Below, piece after piece: positions 26,401 through 40,148 of a stretch of DNA of 64,000 bases. The position numbers and the translations under genes are program-made. Under the pieces are notes generated by a model, which had not been told where the DNA came from, did no database searches, and saw only the letters and a list, made by a program, of their open reading frames with translations. Position 1 is the stretch's first letter. The number at the start of each line of letters is the position of its first letter. Source of the DNA: Lingula anatina (taxonomy: Eukaryota; Animalia; Brachiopoda); NCBI GenBank assembly GCA_051362555.1, contig CM120641.1, forward strand, positions 13,640,001-13,704,000, given 5' to 3'.

Positions 26401-28810
26401 CAGCACCAGAGGCAACTACCTGTTGGTACTTTTTCAGAATTTGCCTGCCTCTGCAGAATTCAGGAGGCAGTGTTTCTGATTTCTCAGTACCCTCACTGTC
26501 CCTTAAGTAACCAAGAGCTTGTTTGTGTATCTGCAATTTGTCATCCAGGGAGAGGGGTAGCACTGACGCCCACTGTACCTTTTACTTATTTCATTGGAAT
26601 CCAAGATCATTTTTACCTGACTCAGTATGAAGGTGTTTCTTGTTTCCCAATACCCTTTCAAACCCCATTTGTATATTGATTCAATAACCAGTGACAAATT
26701 AATGGTTTCTTGTGCATGAAGTTGTCATTTCCTCAATCATTAGTTTGTTCTTACCTGTCAAAATAAGCAACTAGATGTAGATGCTTAGATTGCAGTATAG
26801 GAATCTCAGAATTTTCTTCAAAATTCACATTACTGGTCAACTTCTGTTTGATTCTTTTGGGTTTGATACAACAAATTTTGTCACCGGAGACATGATTAAA
26901 ACTGGATAAGCATCGTTAATTGTAATTATGTGATTTTTGCTGTTTACAGGACCCCTGTCTAGCCTGGCAGTGACATTAGTATTTGCAGTGACATTAGAAC
27001 TTAAAAATTCCTACCGAGTCAAAAGTAGTAGGTTTCAAACTGAGAACCTGGATAAATGGCAGGCAATTGTTGTATAGGTCAGCTATTTGGAGTGTTATTT
27101 CTCGATTAGTTATGAGTGATTTTGCAACTGTTCTATTTTGCAACCTGGTCCGAATTGTGTGGAAAATCCTTCTATATTGCTTCATCCAGTCTGCTGATGA
27201 CCTGATTGATTTGGGGCATTGGCTTTATGTATGACTTTATTAATAAATCCTCACATCTTTCACCAATATACATAAATAGTTTGTTATAGATATTTACATA
27301 TGTGTATGTACTCATATTCCTAAGATTTTTTTGATTTATTTCTCTTATATACCACCTCCAGGGTAAGAATGCACACAAATCAGCACTTTGATCTAAACTG
27401 AGACCAGCTTTGTCTTTGTGAGTAGAAACCATGTCTACCAGCACCTGTTTCAAACTGTGAACTGCCATTAATAAAAAAAAGGCATGTTATCACAGTGCAT
27501 ATGATAGCGACAGGCTGCTCAGTCAGATAGTTGACTAGAAATATTACTGGTAAACTCTGTGAACATTTTATTACTTTGGGGGGCAGATATGAATCGAGAT
27601 CACTCCGAATTTACAGGACTTCCTGTGTTTATTATCATGGTGAAGGGTCATGGGATGTCTAAGGTGTGGTTTTTCACCTGGCTGAGCATAACATTAAATG
27701 TCCATCTCAGGGGATATGTATTAGATTACACGAGGCCCCACCTGAGGATATGATAACCACCACAGCAGTATTCCCTGTCCCTGGGTCAGAGATATATGGC
27801 CAGTGAATGGTCTGTTTTTGCCAGGAATTCTAAAATGATTCTCCATAAGCCACCATTTTGTTAACCCATTTGGAGGGGGGAGGGGGGGGGCTCAGATATA
27901 AGGGCAGGATTTGAATGTAACACATTTGTTTTGGTGCAAAACTGGACTTTTGTTACGCACTGAGTGGAATTTAGTGCATACTGTATATCAATAATTGAAT
28001 CTGAATTATGGCTCCTTTTTGCATTGGTGAAAAGATTTGTGGTTTGAGATTAAAGTTTTGTTATGCAAGAAATAAAGTTAAAGCATCCTGTGTATGAATC
28101 AAATGGTAGGAAATTAAAATAACATGGACAGAAGTTGTTTATGCACATCTATTTTTTTGTACATCATTTAGTTTGAGTACATGAAGGTGGAATTGCTAAC
28201 CAGGCAGTATTTCTCCTCAGCCACCATTAAAACAATGCTCAGAAACAAATAACCATAAGATTTAGACAGGGACTTTTTTAGATGACAATGGGTTCACTTA
28301 TCCCTACTGCAATAGCTAGAATCTGAAAAGAAAAATTGTAGTCATCTATTGTGACTGTCATAGTTTTCCGTACACCTTTTGTTTTTGTATGATGTAAAGT
28401 TTGGGTACATATTCAAGTGGGCATAATCTTCATCTTCATTGACAATACACCTGTCTTCAAGTTGAACTGGCTCCATGCATTATTGAACTAATGCATATAG
28501 TAGTTCTTGATGGCAGCAGTTTTAACTCATAAAATAGAAATGGTTGTTTTTCTTTACGGATTGTAACTCTGGAGTTGCCATTTTACCTTTCATCTTTCAC
28601 TTGTAGTGATTAAAAATATGCATTCAACAGGCAAGGCAATTTGCAGTGGCCGCGGATGTTTGAAACAGCAGAAAAGGAGAAGTTTTCTAAGAGATGTATG
28701 TTTTAAGGCAGTTGGAGCAGAAGTTCATGCACAATTAATCGCATTGCATTGTCATTTTGGAATGGTGCACATTATTGATTTTCACTCAATTTCTGATGCT
28801 AAAGTTCTCC

Positions 28811-28895
28811 CGTTTTTCAATATGTATCTTATTTGATGGATTTAGAAATAAGATACATATTGAAAAACGTATCTTATTTGATGGATTTAGAAATA
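28811..28895. repeat. Perfect 24-bp inverted repeat (11-nt loop) plus overlapping 27-bp direct repeat
   Basis: 28811-28834 is the reverse complement of 28846-28869; 28824-28850 is identical to 28869-28895. Confidence 0.9.
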
Positions 28896-29601
28896 GCGCT
28901 TTAATTCCTTGTCGTTCAATTCTCATGTAACGTCTTAAATTATTTGACACAGTGGTCATTCTTACTGTGAGTGGTCAGGTAGTTTGGAAACAAATATAGT
29001 TCTGTTATCTACTATAGATCTATGGCATATCTGTAGAATGTTGCACCTTGAGTATTCAAAGAAGCAAAGGCATGTATTTTTGCAGTGGACTATTTCAGGG
29101 ATGTGGTGTAATTACCTCCATCTACGAACACTGGTATTACATGCATGTTAATCTCCTTAAGAAGAAAAAAACCAAATTGGTTTTCGGAAAAAGTAATTTC
29201 AGTGTCTAGACAAGTGAGGGCTCATCTTTGCTTTGCGTGACTCTTGTCTTAGATACCATCCAAGCTCCCTATCTAACATAATAACAAAGAGTTCAGCCAC
29301 ATCATTTTTAGATGAATAAACACTTTTAGAAGATAATGCAATATTTTTCAATTATGTGAGACAAAATTTGTTTTGTAACATTTGGAAGCGGATAAACAAG
29401 CTTCAGTATGAGCCCAGCCTATAAGATAAGACACAGCCAAGAATCTGTTAGGAGTAGGTGTTCACATTCTTGTGTATGACCATGGTCAACTCGCTTCCAT
29501 TTCATCTCTGAAAATAAAGCTGTAGGTGTGCAAAAGTATGCAAAAATGTTGGGGTTGTTTGGTACCTGGCACTTGCACTTGGCGGGGATGTAATACCATC
29601 A

Positions 29602-29641
29602 CTGCTGACCAGTACTGACCAGTGCTGACCAGTACTGACCA
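29602..29641. repeat. 10-bp minisatellite (about 4 copies, T[A/G]CTGACCAG)
   Basis: ctgctgaccagtactgaccagtgctgaccagtactgacca. Confidence 0.85.
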
Positions 29642-30847
29642 ATGATATTGCAGCCAAATGTTGTCTTTGTCAGCAGGAGAATCCTGGAAGTTTTTACAGT
29701 CAAGCTGTCATATGTTTTGGAGACTGTTTATAATAAAATTGAAAAAGTTGTGATATTATGTGATGCTTTAAAAACTGGTGCGATAAAGTTAAAAAATTGA
29801 AGGCCCAGCCAAAAAGATCTTGCTCCCTGACCCATAAGTCTAAAGCATTCCTTTGGAACACTGATTTTTGAGATGGGAGGGAAATGAGTGTCTTGTTGAT
29901 AGCAATGATATAATCAAAAGGACACAGTTACAGTATAAAAAATTACAGATGAGCTGACATTCTATGCCAATATCTTTGCCGAGCATGTAATTGAAAAGAA
30001 AAAAAAAAGAACTTGTTATTGACATCTTGCAAAAAAGGAACCAAATACTGACCAACTGCTGGGAAGAGAATAGGTGTTTAGTTCAACATCAAAGAACAGG
30101 GATGATGGGAAAGTACAGCACTTCAGTTATCATACAAAAAAACTCAATTTCTGTGAATCCTTGCGTCTCCAAATATAGAACAAACACTTAGAGTGCCATC
30201 AAACAGTTGGAACAGATAAGAGAAAGTTGTGATAAGAGTGTACAGACATGCAGGCATGCATGGCACCTCTTGAGATAATGCCTAATTTTTGACATTGCTT
30301 TATTAGTTACATCCTCTGACAGCACATCTTCATGCTGGGGACAGGTGAAAAGTCAGACTGGGTGTGTTGCCAACAGCATCGGGGCCAACAACCAGTCGTG
30401 TACAGTAAAAGTTCAGTGTCCTACTCCCCTTTTTTGTTTGTATCCTGCCACACACATTCTGCGTCTTAGTCTAACCTTACTGCACACATTCATGGCTTGT
30501 TTTTTGGCTAAATATCATAACTTTACTTCTGACTGCAGGAGCTTTGTCCCTCTCCCTTCACTTTCTTTTGTTTTCAGTATTGAGAGTTACATCACTTGGC
30601 TTCAGAGTTGGGTGTTATTTTAAGAACTGGTGGGTGTGGTGCTTGTTTCACTTTATTGATCTCTTTCAATTTGCTGATGAAATGGAATATAGCAAAGACT
30701 GATTAGATAATCATGGTTAAAAATATATAAATAATACTTTATTAATTTTTACATGAAAGTTTTGACAAAATTGTTTTGAAGGATTTGAATACATTAATGA
30801 TGAGGTGAATGTGTAAAAAATTTAATAAAAATAACATTTTCTCATTA

Positions 30848-31916
30848 GGCCACACTTTTTTATTTTTATGGATGACATCCTCTGGGGACCCCAAAGTCGG
30901 TGCGAGCGGGCGAAAAAAAAAAAAAAACGGTCCAAAAAAAAAAAAAAATGCTTAAGAAATGTTATGTTTTCAGTACACAGCTGGAAACACTAATTTACCA
31001 CAGAAACACGTATCAAACTAACAACATGTCTTTATCCATGCTCTCAAAATATTAAAGCATTGTGAATAGGGCCTACTTCGTAGAAAGGTAAAAAGTCATG
31101 AATATATATGCTGCATATTACCAAATCTATTTAAGGTTATTTCATGCATTCTGTTGGTATAGCAATCAATAAAACAAATATCAAATAAACAGCGTGTCTT
31201 TATTTGTAGGCCTACTCTCAGAAAATTAAAGCAGTGTAAACACTTCACAGAATTGTTAAAAAAATGAAGCAAAGATAGGCCTATGCTTCCTACTACCAAA
31301 GCTAAAAAAGTAATTTCGGTCGATGCCATTTTGTCTACTTCGACTCACACGTAGCAACCAACTATCGGGCGGCCTGTCCGACCTTCAGTCCACCAAATAC
31401 CACGACGCTCTTGTCGACCCTTTTTTCGCTACAAAAAAACCTGGTAGGCCTATGTGCTGCTTTGGACAGAATGTTACTGAAATTTTCCGGGCGCGGCCAG
31501 CCTTTCGTATAATTGTAAAAGGGTGATATATTCATGTCCAACATCAATGGCAAACCAATCCAAAACGACGGCCCCCGTTCTCTTTATGACTTTAATTGTC
31601 GTGTATTTTGAAATTAATGCTAGAGATGAATTTGACGGCAAAGCCGCCATATTTCCACGTGGTGATAATACGCATGCGCAGAAAGCTCATTTTCCGCACT
31701 CGGAACTACTCGGATGTCTCCGCAGTCGACAGTGACAGTATGGAGCTTGCGGAATTAGCCGAGGATTGCCGATTGCATTTTCCGGCAAATTCAATAACGA
31801 CGTTTGCGACAACCGACTTCCTTGGGGGGGGGGGGGATTTTTTTTTTTTTTTTTGAGAACGGACGAAAATCAGTGCGCGCGCAGGATGTCATCCATAAAA
31901 ATAAAAAAGTGTGGCC
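30848..31916. mobile_element. Non-autonomous DNA transposon (MITE-like, PIF/Harbinger-type), 1069 bp
   Basis: Perfect 34-bp TIRs GGCCACACTTTTTTATTTTTATGGATGACATCCT (30848-30881 and 31883-31916). TTA TSD at 30845-30847 and 31917-31919. CpG-rich interior with no transposase ORF. Confidence 0.9.
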
Positions 31917-34900
31917 TTAGTATATAATTTTTTATGAATTTGATATACAAACTTATTTGTCTCTAATGTCACACATTTTAAAACATAGTGGAAATTATTC
32001 CTGGGCGTCTAATAAATTGGGCGAATTGATTGGCAGTTGAACCCTGGGTATTTCCAGGGGTCACTGCCTTTCTGTTCTCCACTCTTTGGGTCAGTGGCTG
32101 AATGTAGTTTCAGAACTTCTGACCAGCTGATAGCCTGTCCAGAGATTGACAGCCTAGCTTGTTATTGTTAGATAACCAAGGAGGTTTGATGAGTGCATTC
32201 CCCCCCCTTTTTTTCCACTTTACAAGATCATTATTATTATAGTTGATTGTAATTAAAATTGTTTTCAACAAAATCAGTTTCTAACTGGCAAATGTTGATA
32301 AACCATTTTAAGTGATATCTACTGACAAAAACTACATTATATATGTTTATATAATCGTGTCATTGTGTATTAAAGGGGCAAAATATTTTAGGTATAAAAA
32401 TGCCCAGGGTTCTCAGCTAACATTGGGGTTGAAAATACTGTATACTTGCAATACTACAGCCTTAATTAGAGGATTAAGATTTAAAACGTTATTTGTTTTT
32501 TGTGCAAATATGTTCCTCTGTGCAGTACCTCAGCTCTGTCATTATTCACGAGATTCATTCTAAGTTTCAATATTGCTTGAATGATTTAGATATCTGTTAA
32601 GGTAAGTCATGTTCCCAGACCTCATCCCAAAATCCCGAGGGCCATACCTGGGTGGAAAATTGAATTGGGCAAATTGTTTGAATGAATTGGATTTGGATTT
32701 TTATATAAGGCACCCATGTTCCAGGGCTCTTCCAAACCTTATCTGAAACCCAAGGCTGTGTTGGTTATGGATTCAGCGAAATTATAGATCTATAGCTAGA
32801 TATGAGTGCAAAGTAAACAGACAGGAACCCTCAGCACCTGCCAGTGATAGCTGATAGATTGATGCACTTCAAAACAGTAGTGCTTTGACAGTGGCTGGAT
32901 TGAAATTCAAACATTCCTTAATCAAGGGCACACTTGAGGAAGCCACCAGTAGCATACAGACAAGATTTGTAATCAGTGGCACACTTCTCCACGTGACCAC
33001 TATTGGCCATTGCTGTAATGTGTCCACCAGGGGTTGGGTGGGGAGATGGCGGAGATTTATGGAGAGCTGTGACAAAAAGGGAGGAGTGAAGTAGACTGAA
33101 GATGGCTTGGGGAGGGGGAGGATGATTTTACTGGGGTGTCAGAGACTCCCGAGGTTCAGTGAAATGTTTACTAGGACTTAATTCTTTTAATACTTCTCAA
33201 TTTTATTCATATGGAACCATATCCATATTTGACGAAATGCGTATTTTGTTTTTATTGTTTGGAGCCCTTTCTTGTTTAAATGTGTAAAAATTGTTGTCAG
33301 TAACTGTGATTCTTGCAGAATAAAGAGAATGCCAGTTTTCTTATCTAAAACCCCAGAATATACACTTAATGAGGAAACTGCCCTTTTCACATTGTATATG
33401 TGCGAAGGTGGTTATAGATTTATTGAAAGAAGACTTCTTTGGCTGCATAAATAAAGCAGAGTGAGATTTAGTAAGGCTGGCTTGATTGCTGTGGCTTCTT
33501 ATCCATAGGGAGGCAGTAGCGTTAATTATGGTACAACATTACCTTAATGCATTTTTGGATATTTTAACACATTTTTCACGATTGTTTCACTAGTTTTGAG
33601 AATAAAACACAATAGAGCTCATTGTAAAATGTGTTTAACTGACAAATGAAGTAATGTAAACCATAGATGGTGAAATACGATAGCACCTGCCCAAGAAAAA
33701 CTGTAAATGCAAAGTGCAACTTGTACACCGTCAGACAAAAGGCGATTTTCAATTTCACCTCTATCTTTCCGATGTTGTAATAACATCCCTGCTTTCCAAT
33801 TTGCTAAGTTTGTTTATTTAAGACAAGCTGAAAGTTGGCTCCCAGTTGGGCAGTATTAACCCAGGGGTACTATGACAGTGCTCTACCATGGAATTACAAT
33901 ATGTCCCATGGCCAGTTTGATGGCGTAGTCAGATCAGACAGTTGACCAAAGACTGACCGGTGTCCAATAAAGCCAAATTTGCACCTCTCAGCCTCTGTCA
34001 AGGATATAGAATGGTGATAATCTAGAGTAGTAACATTCCTGGGTTGCCAGTCCACCTGTTGGTTTAGTATAGCTCTGGCCTCTACCTGCTGCTCACTAAT
34101 GTACCTTTAATTTCTTGCCTCTACTCCTCTATTTGTGTTTAATTCCACTTTAACCAACCTCTGGGTGATTGCATCTATGATTTTGAATGATGTAGACTAT
34201 GGAGATGATGTGTGATGCGCAGACAACAAGCACCCAATCTACCTCATTATCAGCAGACTTTCTTATCCATTTGATAGCTCGAAAGACTTTTTGGGTGATT
34301 TTTTTTTTTTTTTTTTGCATTGATTATTATGTCAACTGCACAGAGCATACCCTGCAGTTATAATTATTCGGAACTGTTTTGAACTATTCTGCTTGGTTAA
34401 GTTGAGAAGGGTGTGTGATGGGTTGGGGTTTTTATAGGAAGAGTGTAGTGCATAATGTCACCATGTGACGCACTTCATCAGAATTATAACTTGGGTCTCT
34501 GGCAGAATTTGGCATGATGTTGAAATAGAAGTGTCTTTGTCAATTAAAAGGTAAAACATGTGGTAAAACTTTTCGCCCACCTTCTTGTATCAGAATGTAG
34601 TCACAATGTAACGGCCTGTTCGTCTCTGTGTGAGATATGGTCACGTAGCTGGGATGCACTGTTACCACTGATTTATGTTCCAAATCCCGTCTCCAGGTCA
34701 CACCAAAAAAAAGTTTTAAAAAGTTTTTTTTGGCACCAGGGCTTATTTAGTGTAAAAGAGGCAGGATAAATTGGTGTCTGAAATCATTAAAGTTTTCTCT
34801 GGTAGGAAATGATGGATGAATAAGGCACATGTGAAACAAGTGCCATTCATTAAAAGTTTGGAAGGTCTGTAATGGAACACCAGGGTGATAGGAGCAGCCA

Positions 34901-35579
34901 TTGTGTAATGCTGAATCAGTAAGGCTTGCTCCTTAATGCCCATGTCCTCTTGCTGACAAACAGTTTGCACTTGGTGTCTTGTGACTGGTATTGTAGACCC
35001 AGCAGTGTTTTTTGAGCTATACACCAAACACCCAGTTGTCTGCATTTCTCTTGTCTCTATTAATACACTTTTCTAGATTGTTGCAATAAGTGGTGAATGT
35101 TGGTGTTGATGCCTTTGCCAGATTTAATGCATTTTTGACTTGAAAATGAAAAACCAAATAGAGAGAAAAAGTAATAAAAGGGAAAATAATATAAACAGGG
35201 AAAAAAACAACAAATTAAGTAAATATGATGAAAACACAGGAAATAAAGATGAATTTGCCCCATAACATGTTCTGAACTAATTGAGAGGTATTGATGTGCC
35301 TATTGGCACATTGTTGCGGATTTCCTGTCATGAAAACAATGGAAAACCACAGGTTATCAGATATGGAGACTGGTTTCTTAGAAGGACTAGGTAAAGATAT
35401 AGCTATTATATGGTATATGGGGGGGGGGGGGGGGGGGGGGGGGGCACCTGAAGAATATTTTGGATTTTGAAAAACTTGTTTGCACCTACAAATGCTTTTC
35501 ATCAGGCAGTGGCAAGGCTCTGTTACTAATATGATTTGTTTGGCTTGTCATAGATTTTGCTCAAAACTGCTAAATGATT

Positions 35580-35621
<42 letters not shown>

Positions 35622-38600
35622 GTGTAAGTACATAGTTATGGGCTAAGTGGTACAATCTGGAATTTTGGAAGACAAATGAAAATGAACATTCTTTAATGTC
35701 AACATAACAAAAGTGCCTCCTTGTTTAATCCTATGTGTCAGAACTGATGAATGCCCAGCCCACTGTGGGAATATTTTGCATGTTTATGGTATCAGATAAG
35801 ATACAGCAGACAGTCTTGGGCATTTTTTTTGGTATTTTTTGTTTGTTTTTGTTTTTGCAATGTGCTGAGGAATATTTCGAGGAAAAAAGGCAGCAAGCAT
35901 ACTGATCTTTCTATTACTGAACCGTAGTATGATTTGGTTGCTCTTGATAATGTCAGAAAATCATCTTATTGTTAATAAGTTAATAAGTAGTTTCTTGTGA
36001 TAGGTGCAGAAAAAGAGGGTGAACTGATAACATTTCAGTTAGTTTATGAAGAGAGTGGAATTTAATGGAAAATTAAGTGTTTCATACCATAAACAAGACA
36101 AACATGTACATGCCCAGATACAAGGAAGCCTTTTCTTCCCTGCAAGGCTCAGATGTACTAAAGCATTTACATAATCAAAACATGTTCTGATGAAGAAAAC
36201 ATCCTTTTGTTTTGGATAATGAAGAGCCCATATTATTTCACCTTCATAAAGTCTGGTTGGTTTATTAACATTTGGCTGCTGCTGGCAATGTGTTAATTGG
36301 ACAGCCGTGTTCGAGTGTGGGCTATTTTTGTTACATAAGCTCTGGGTAATAAAAATACCTGTTGATTACGGACAGGTGTTGTGCGTGTGCTTCCTAACAA
36401 GCTTACACACATTGTTACAGATATTAATACTGCATCGCTGTGTTGTTTACAGAATTAGGAGGAAAACATCATTTCCGGATCATTTGGAGCCAACTGTTTT
36501 GAACATTATTGTATGATGTTCAATATATGTCATGTGGCTGGATTGGAATTGATTTTTTTGCACTTGTCTGTATACTTTAACTTAATCTCTTCTGTAAGTC
36601 CATCCTGGTTTGAACTGTTTCATGTGGAAACAAGTCTTCAGTCATCACCCTCTGCCCCCACGGGGGTACTCCAATAGCTGCTTGTTGCAACCATGCTGTC
36701 TTTGCTGGGTCGCTACTAAAGCCTGAACTAGCAAGGTTGAGGTGTTAAAGGTTAAAAGGATGTTTTTATAAGGTGTGCCACCTCTGTGTCTTTTCCTGTG
36801 CTGTAATACAACATTTCCAGGTGTAATCTCCCTCACCTCCTTCCTTATCCTCATGACTTTCCATAGGGGTATTCTGAAGAATTAGTTTAATCTCTTCCCC
36901 TTAAACTTTCTATAAAGGTACCTATTTTATGTGTTTTTGAAAGGCTGTTTTGTCCAGACTTGTGTACTCATCAAGACCGAATGCTTTGATTATTAGTAAT
37001 GACTGGTAGGAACAAATATCAAATTGATTACTAAATATTTAGCTTTTTCCTTTTGACTTGTCTGTCCATTCATTGCTTTCCCTTTTCTTTCTGGGTGCTG
37101 CTTCCTACATTGGAGTAGGATAAATGTAGTAGTACTGGTAGCTTATCTCTCTGTTCCAATGTGAGAAACGGGATAGCACATTTAAAGCAGCATTTTCTCA
37201 GTTTAATGTATGTTGTGATGACAAGTTTAGGGCTCTGCTGACAAGTTTAAGACGCACAGATAACATTGCTGGTCATTCTGTGCCGGTGTTGACACATTAA
37301 GACAACTGATAGCAGTGCCACTGATACCTCAACATAAACAGAACAAGCCATTTAGATCCTAATGGAAAATAAAGGGGATTTGTTTTGTTTTTGATGAAAT
37401 TCCATAGTTCCTGTATTTGTAGTGTTTTACTGACAATGTGAAGAGGGCGATGGATTATATTGCCTGCTTATAGGGCTCTCATACAGATGACGGACAATGA
37501 AGGTGGTGGTGATCCATCTTATACCTACCAAGTATTAGAAATGATGATATAAAGGCAAGGATTGAACTGAACTGTAGAGCAGTGCATGGAATTATTTTTA
37601 CCTGTATATTTGCTATGAATCACTACAATGTAATTGCTGATTACTTGTCTAAGTATTCAGCAATTACATAAAATAAAAATGAGATGGTGGAAAAAGTGGT
37701 TGTGCTTTGAAAAGAAGAAAGCACTTATAGGAGAGCAATTGATCAGAATTAGCAAAGGTACCAGAGTTGGCAAGTTTTCACCCTCAAGTTTATTCTTGTA
37801 CTGTTCTGTTTCAGAAACTCCAGCAAGACTCTGTCTCCATTTCAAGTCTCACCTTTTACCAGCAGCATATTTGTTTTCCCCTTGAACCTGTTTAAGTTAC
37901 CTGTGTATGTATCTGAATCATGTTCTGGAACTTAGAGCTTTTCACTGGGTTGGTCATTGGCACCACATTGCCATGGCATGCCTATTGGTTCCCAGCCTTT
38001 CCGCCACAGCTCCCACCACTGGTAAGTGGGGGAAAACACTGGGTCTTCCCTTCATTTTATCTTTATGTCTGTGTTTAAAGGTCTAAGTCATTTTAGTACC
38101 TCAAGATTGTGGGATTTGTTGAGAGTACATTAGTTTTTTTTCCAAGAAGAAAACTCTTTAATCTTACTTGAGAAGACTTTGTTCTGAAAAAATCTTGTTG
38201 TATATTATGTTTTTCTCTTATGTGTATGTTAAGATTATCAGATTTAATGTTCTTTCTGATTGGTAGAGGGGTTCTTGAAGATGTTTATCAAGTTCTCAGA
38301 AGTCTTAGTTTGAATGACCATGAACATTATCTTTACATCACCTATGATTGTTCCATTGCTTCCAGCTTTCATTTTCATGTGAACATCTATAAATGGCACT
38401 TAAATGTTTTAAACATGCTGTATTCACTTTGTAGGCAAGATGTGATAATGAAGAATTTTTGTAATGACGTTCTCTCCCACCAGGAAATTCAATTTTAGCC
38501 GGTCTAAGTGACAGATAATAAGAATTATGTGCAGTGTATAATGTAAACAGAAGCAGCAGACATATCAGCAGACTGGAATTTTCCAAATGGCCTCAATTCT

Positions 38601-40086
38601 AGATAGAAATATATGATGTGGGCTGTACCTAAATATTTATTTCATCCAAAACATTAAGAGGTGAACCAGTTGAGGAATTTCATTTCAGCAAATTTTGTTT
38701 TAGTAAAATCCTCTTCTTGTCATATACATTTGGGTAGAAGACGCAGCAGAGAATCTTCTATTTATGTATGAAATAGAAATATTTTTATTGAAGAAGAGTT
38801 GTTATCTTTTGATTGTTAAAAGTAACTTATGCACGTCTTTAAAAAAATAACGATAAAAAACAATGCTGTCTGATTGGAAAAGAAAATAGTATGTGGATGT
38901 GGTAGTAATTGATATGGGTGTCAGTTTACCTGAAGGCAGTCTGAAATATTTGAAGGTTTTTAACATTGGTGCACTGATATCTAAATGTTTACTGTTGAAA
39001 TTTGTCTAAACTAATATTAGGTAATGAAGACATGTCTAAAGGTATGAAGAATCTGGCGAAGATCAAAGCCGACATGGTGAAGGGGGACTTGTACAGAAGT
39101 GGTCTGTTTATTTCTCCCAAGGACTGAAGAGGTCTCATTTCACCTACATAATGTGCACGGAAGAGGAGCTCAACCATATTATTGGACAAGCAGACAGATA
39201 AGCTGGATGGTTTTTAAAAAAACCTACGAAACAGTTTTGGAGATATTGGAGATAAAAGCCTTTCAGAACTTGATGACCTTGTAAACCTAGGCGTATGTGG
39301 CTATAAATTAACCCATTTTCACTGTCCTAGGTCAAAGCTTTTGCCATATAGTGTCATAAAGATTTGGAAGTGTGTTGATCATTAAAGCTGTTATGGGTCA
39401 GAAAATTTTGGAAAAGAAAAGGAATATATCATTTGAAATGAAAAAATAAAGTGTCATTTGATAGGGGGTATGATGCATTCCTTTTGTCATGGTAGGCATA
39501 AAGAAAATACTAATTGCCTTTTGTGACTTTTATCTCTTATTATGTGGAACGAAAACATTTTTTGTCACTGATGTTATTAATGAACACCACTGTGCTCTTT
39601 TTCAGTAAAAAAAGCACTTTAATTAAAGTATCATTGAAATATAAAATGAAACTGGAGAGCCTGACTAGATTGACATTGACACTGACATTGCCTGTCAGCA
39701 TGAGTCAAAATATATTGACTGCCAGAGACACTACCTCACTGTCACCTGCACTGCTTCTTTTCTTAGAACCAGCTGATACCTTGTATGTGTCACAATTGGT
39801 GGCAATTGACAACATCTTTGAATGTATTACAGTATGCTGGAGGCCTGTTATTTGTGGTCATTTGCCTTGTGTTTTTTGCAGGAAACATGTTGCTGAGCAT
39901 GTTTCTCTGTAGGCTGTGATTGATTCGTCTGGGTTATACTGTTTACAGAACTGGGCTACATCTCACCTGCTGAGGCATTTGTTTGCTGTTGCTATTTTGT
40001 CCGTGGTATCAACATACATTATTATACATGCTTATTCAACCTGCATACACGTCTGGCATATATTATATTAGAAAATTTTAATTTGC

Positions 40087-40088
<2 letters not shown>

Positions 40089-40144
<56 letters not shown>
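40089..40144. repeat. (AT)n microsatellite
   Basis: Direct reading. Confidence 0.95.
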
Positions 40145-40148
<4 letters not shown>

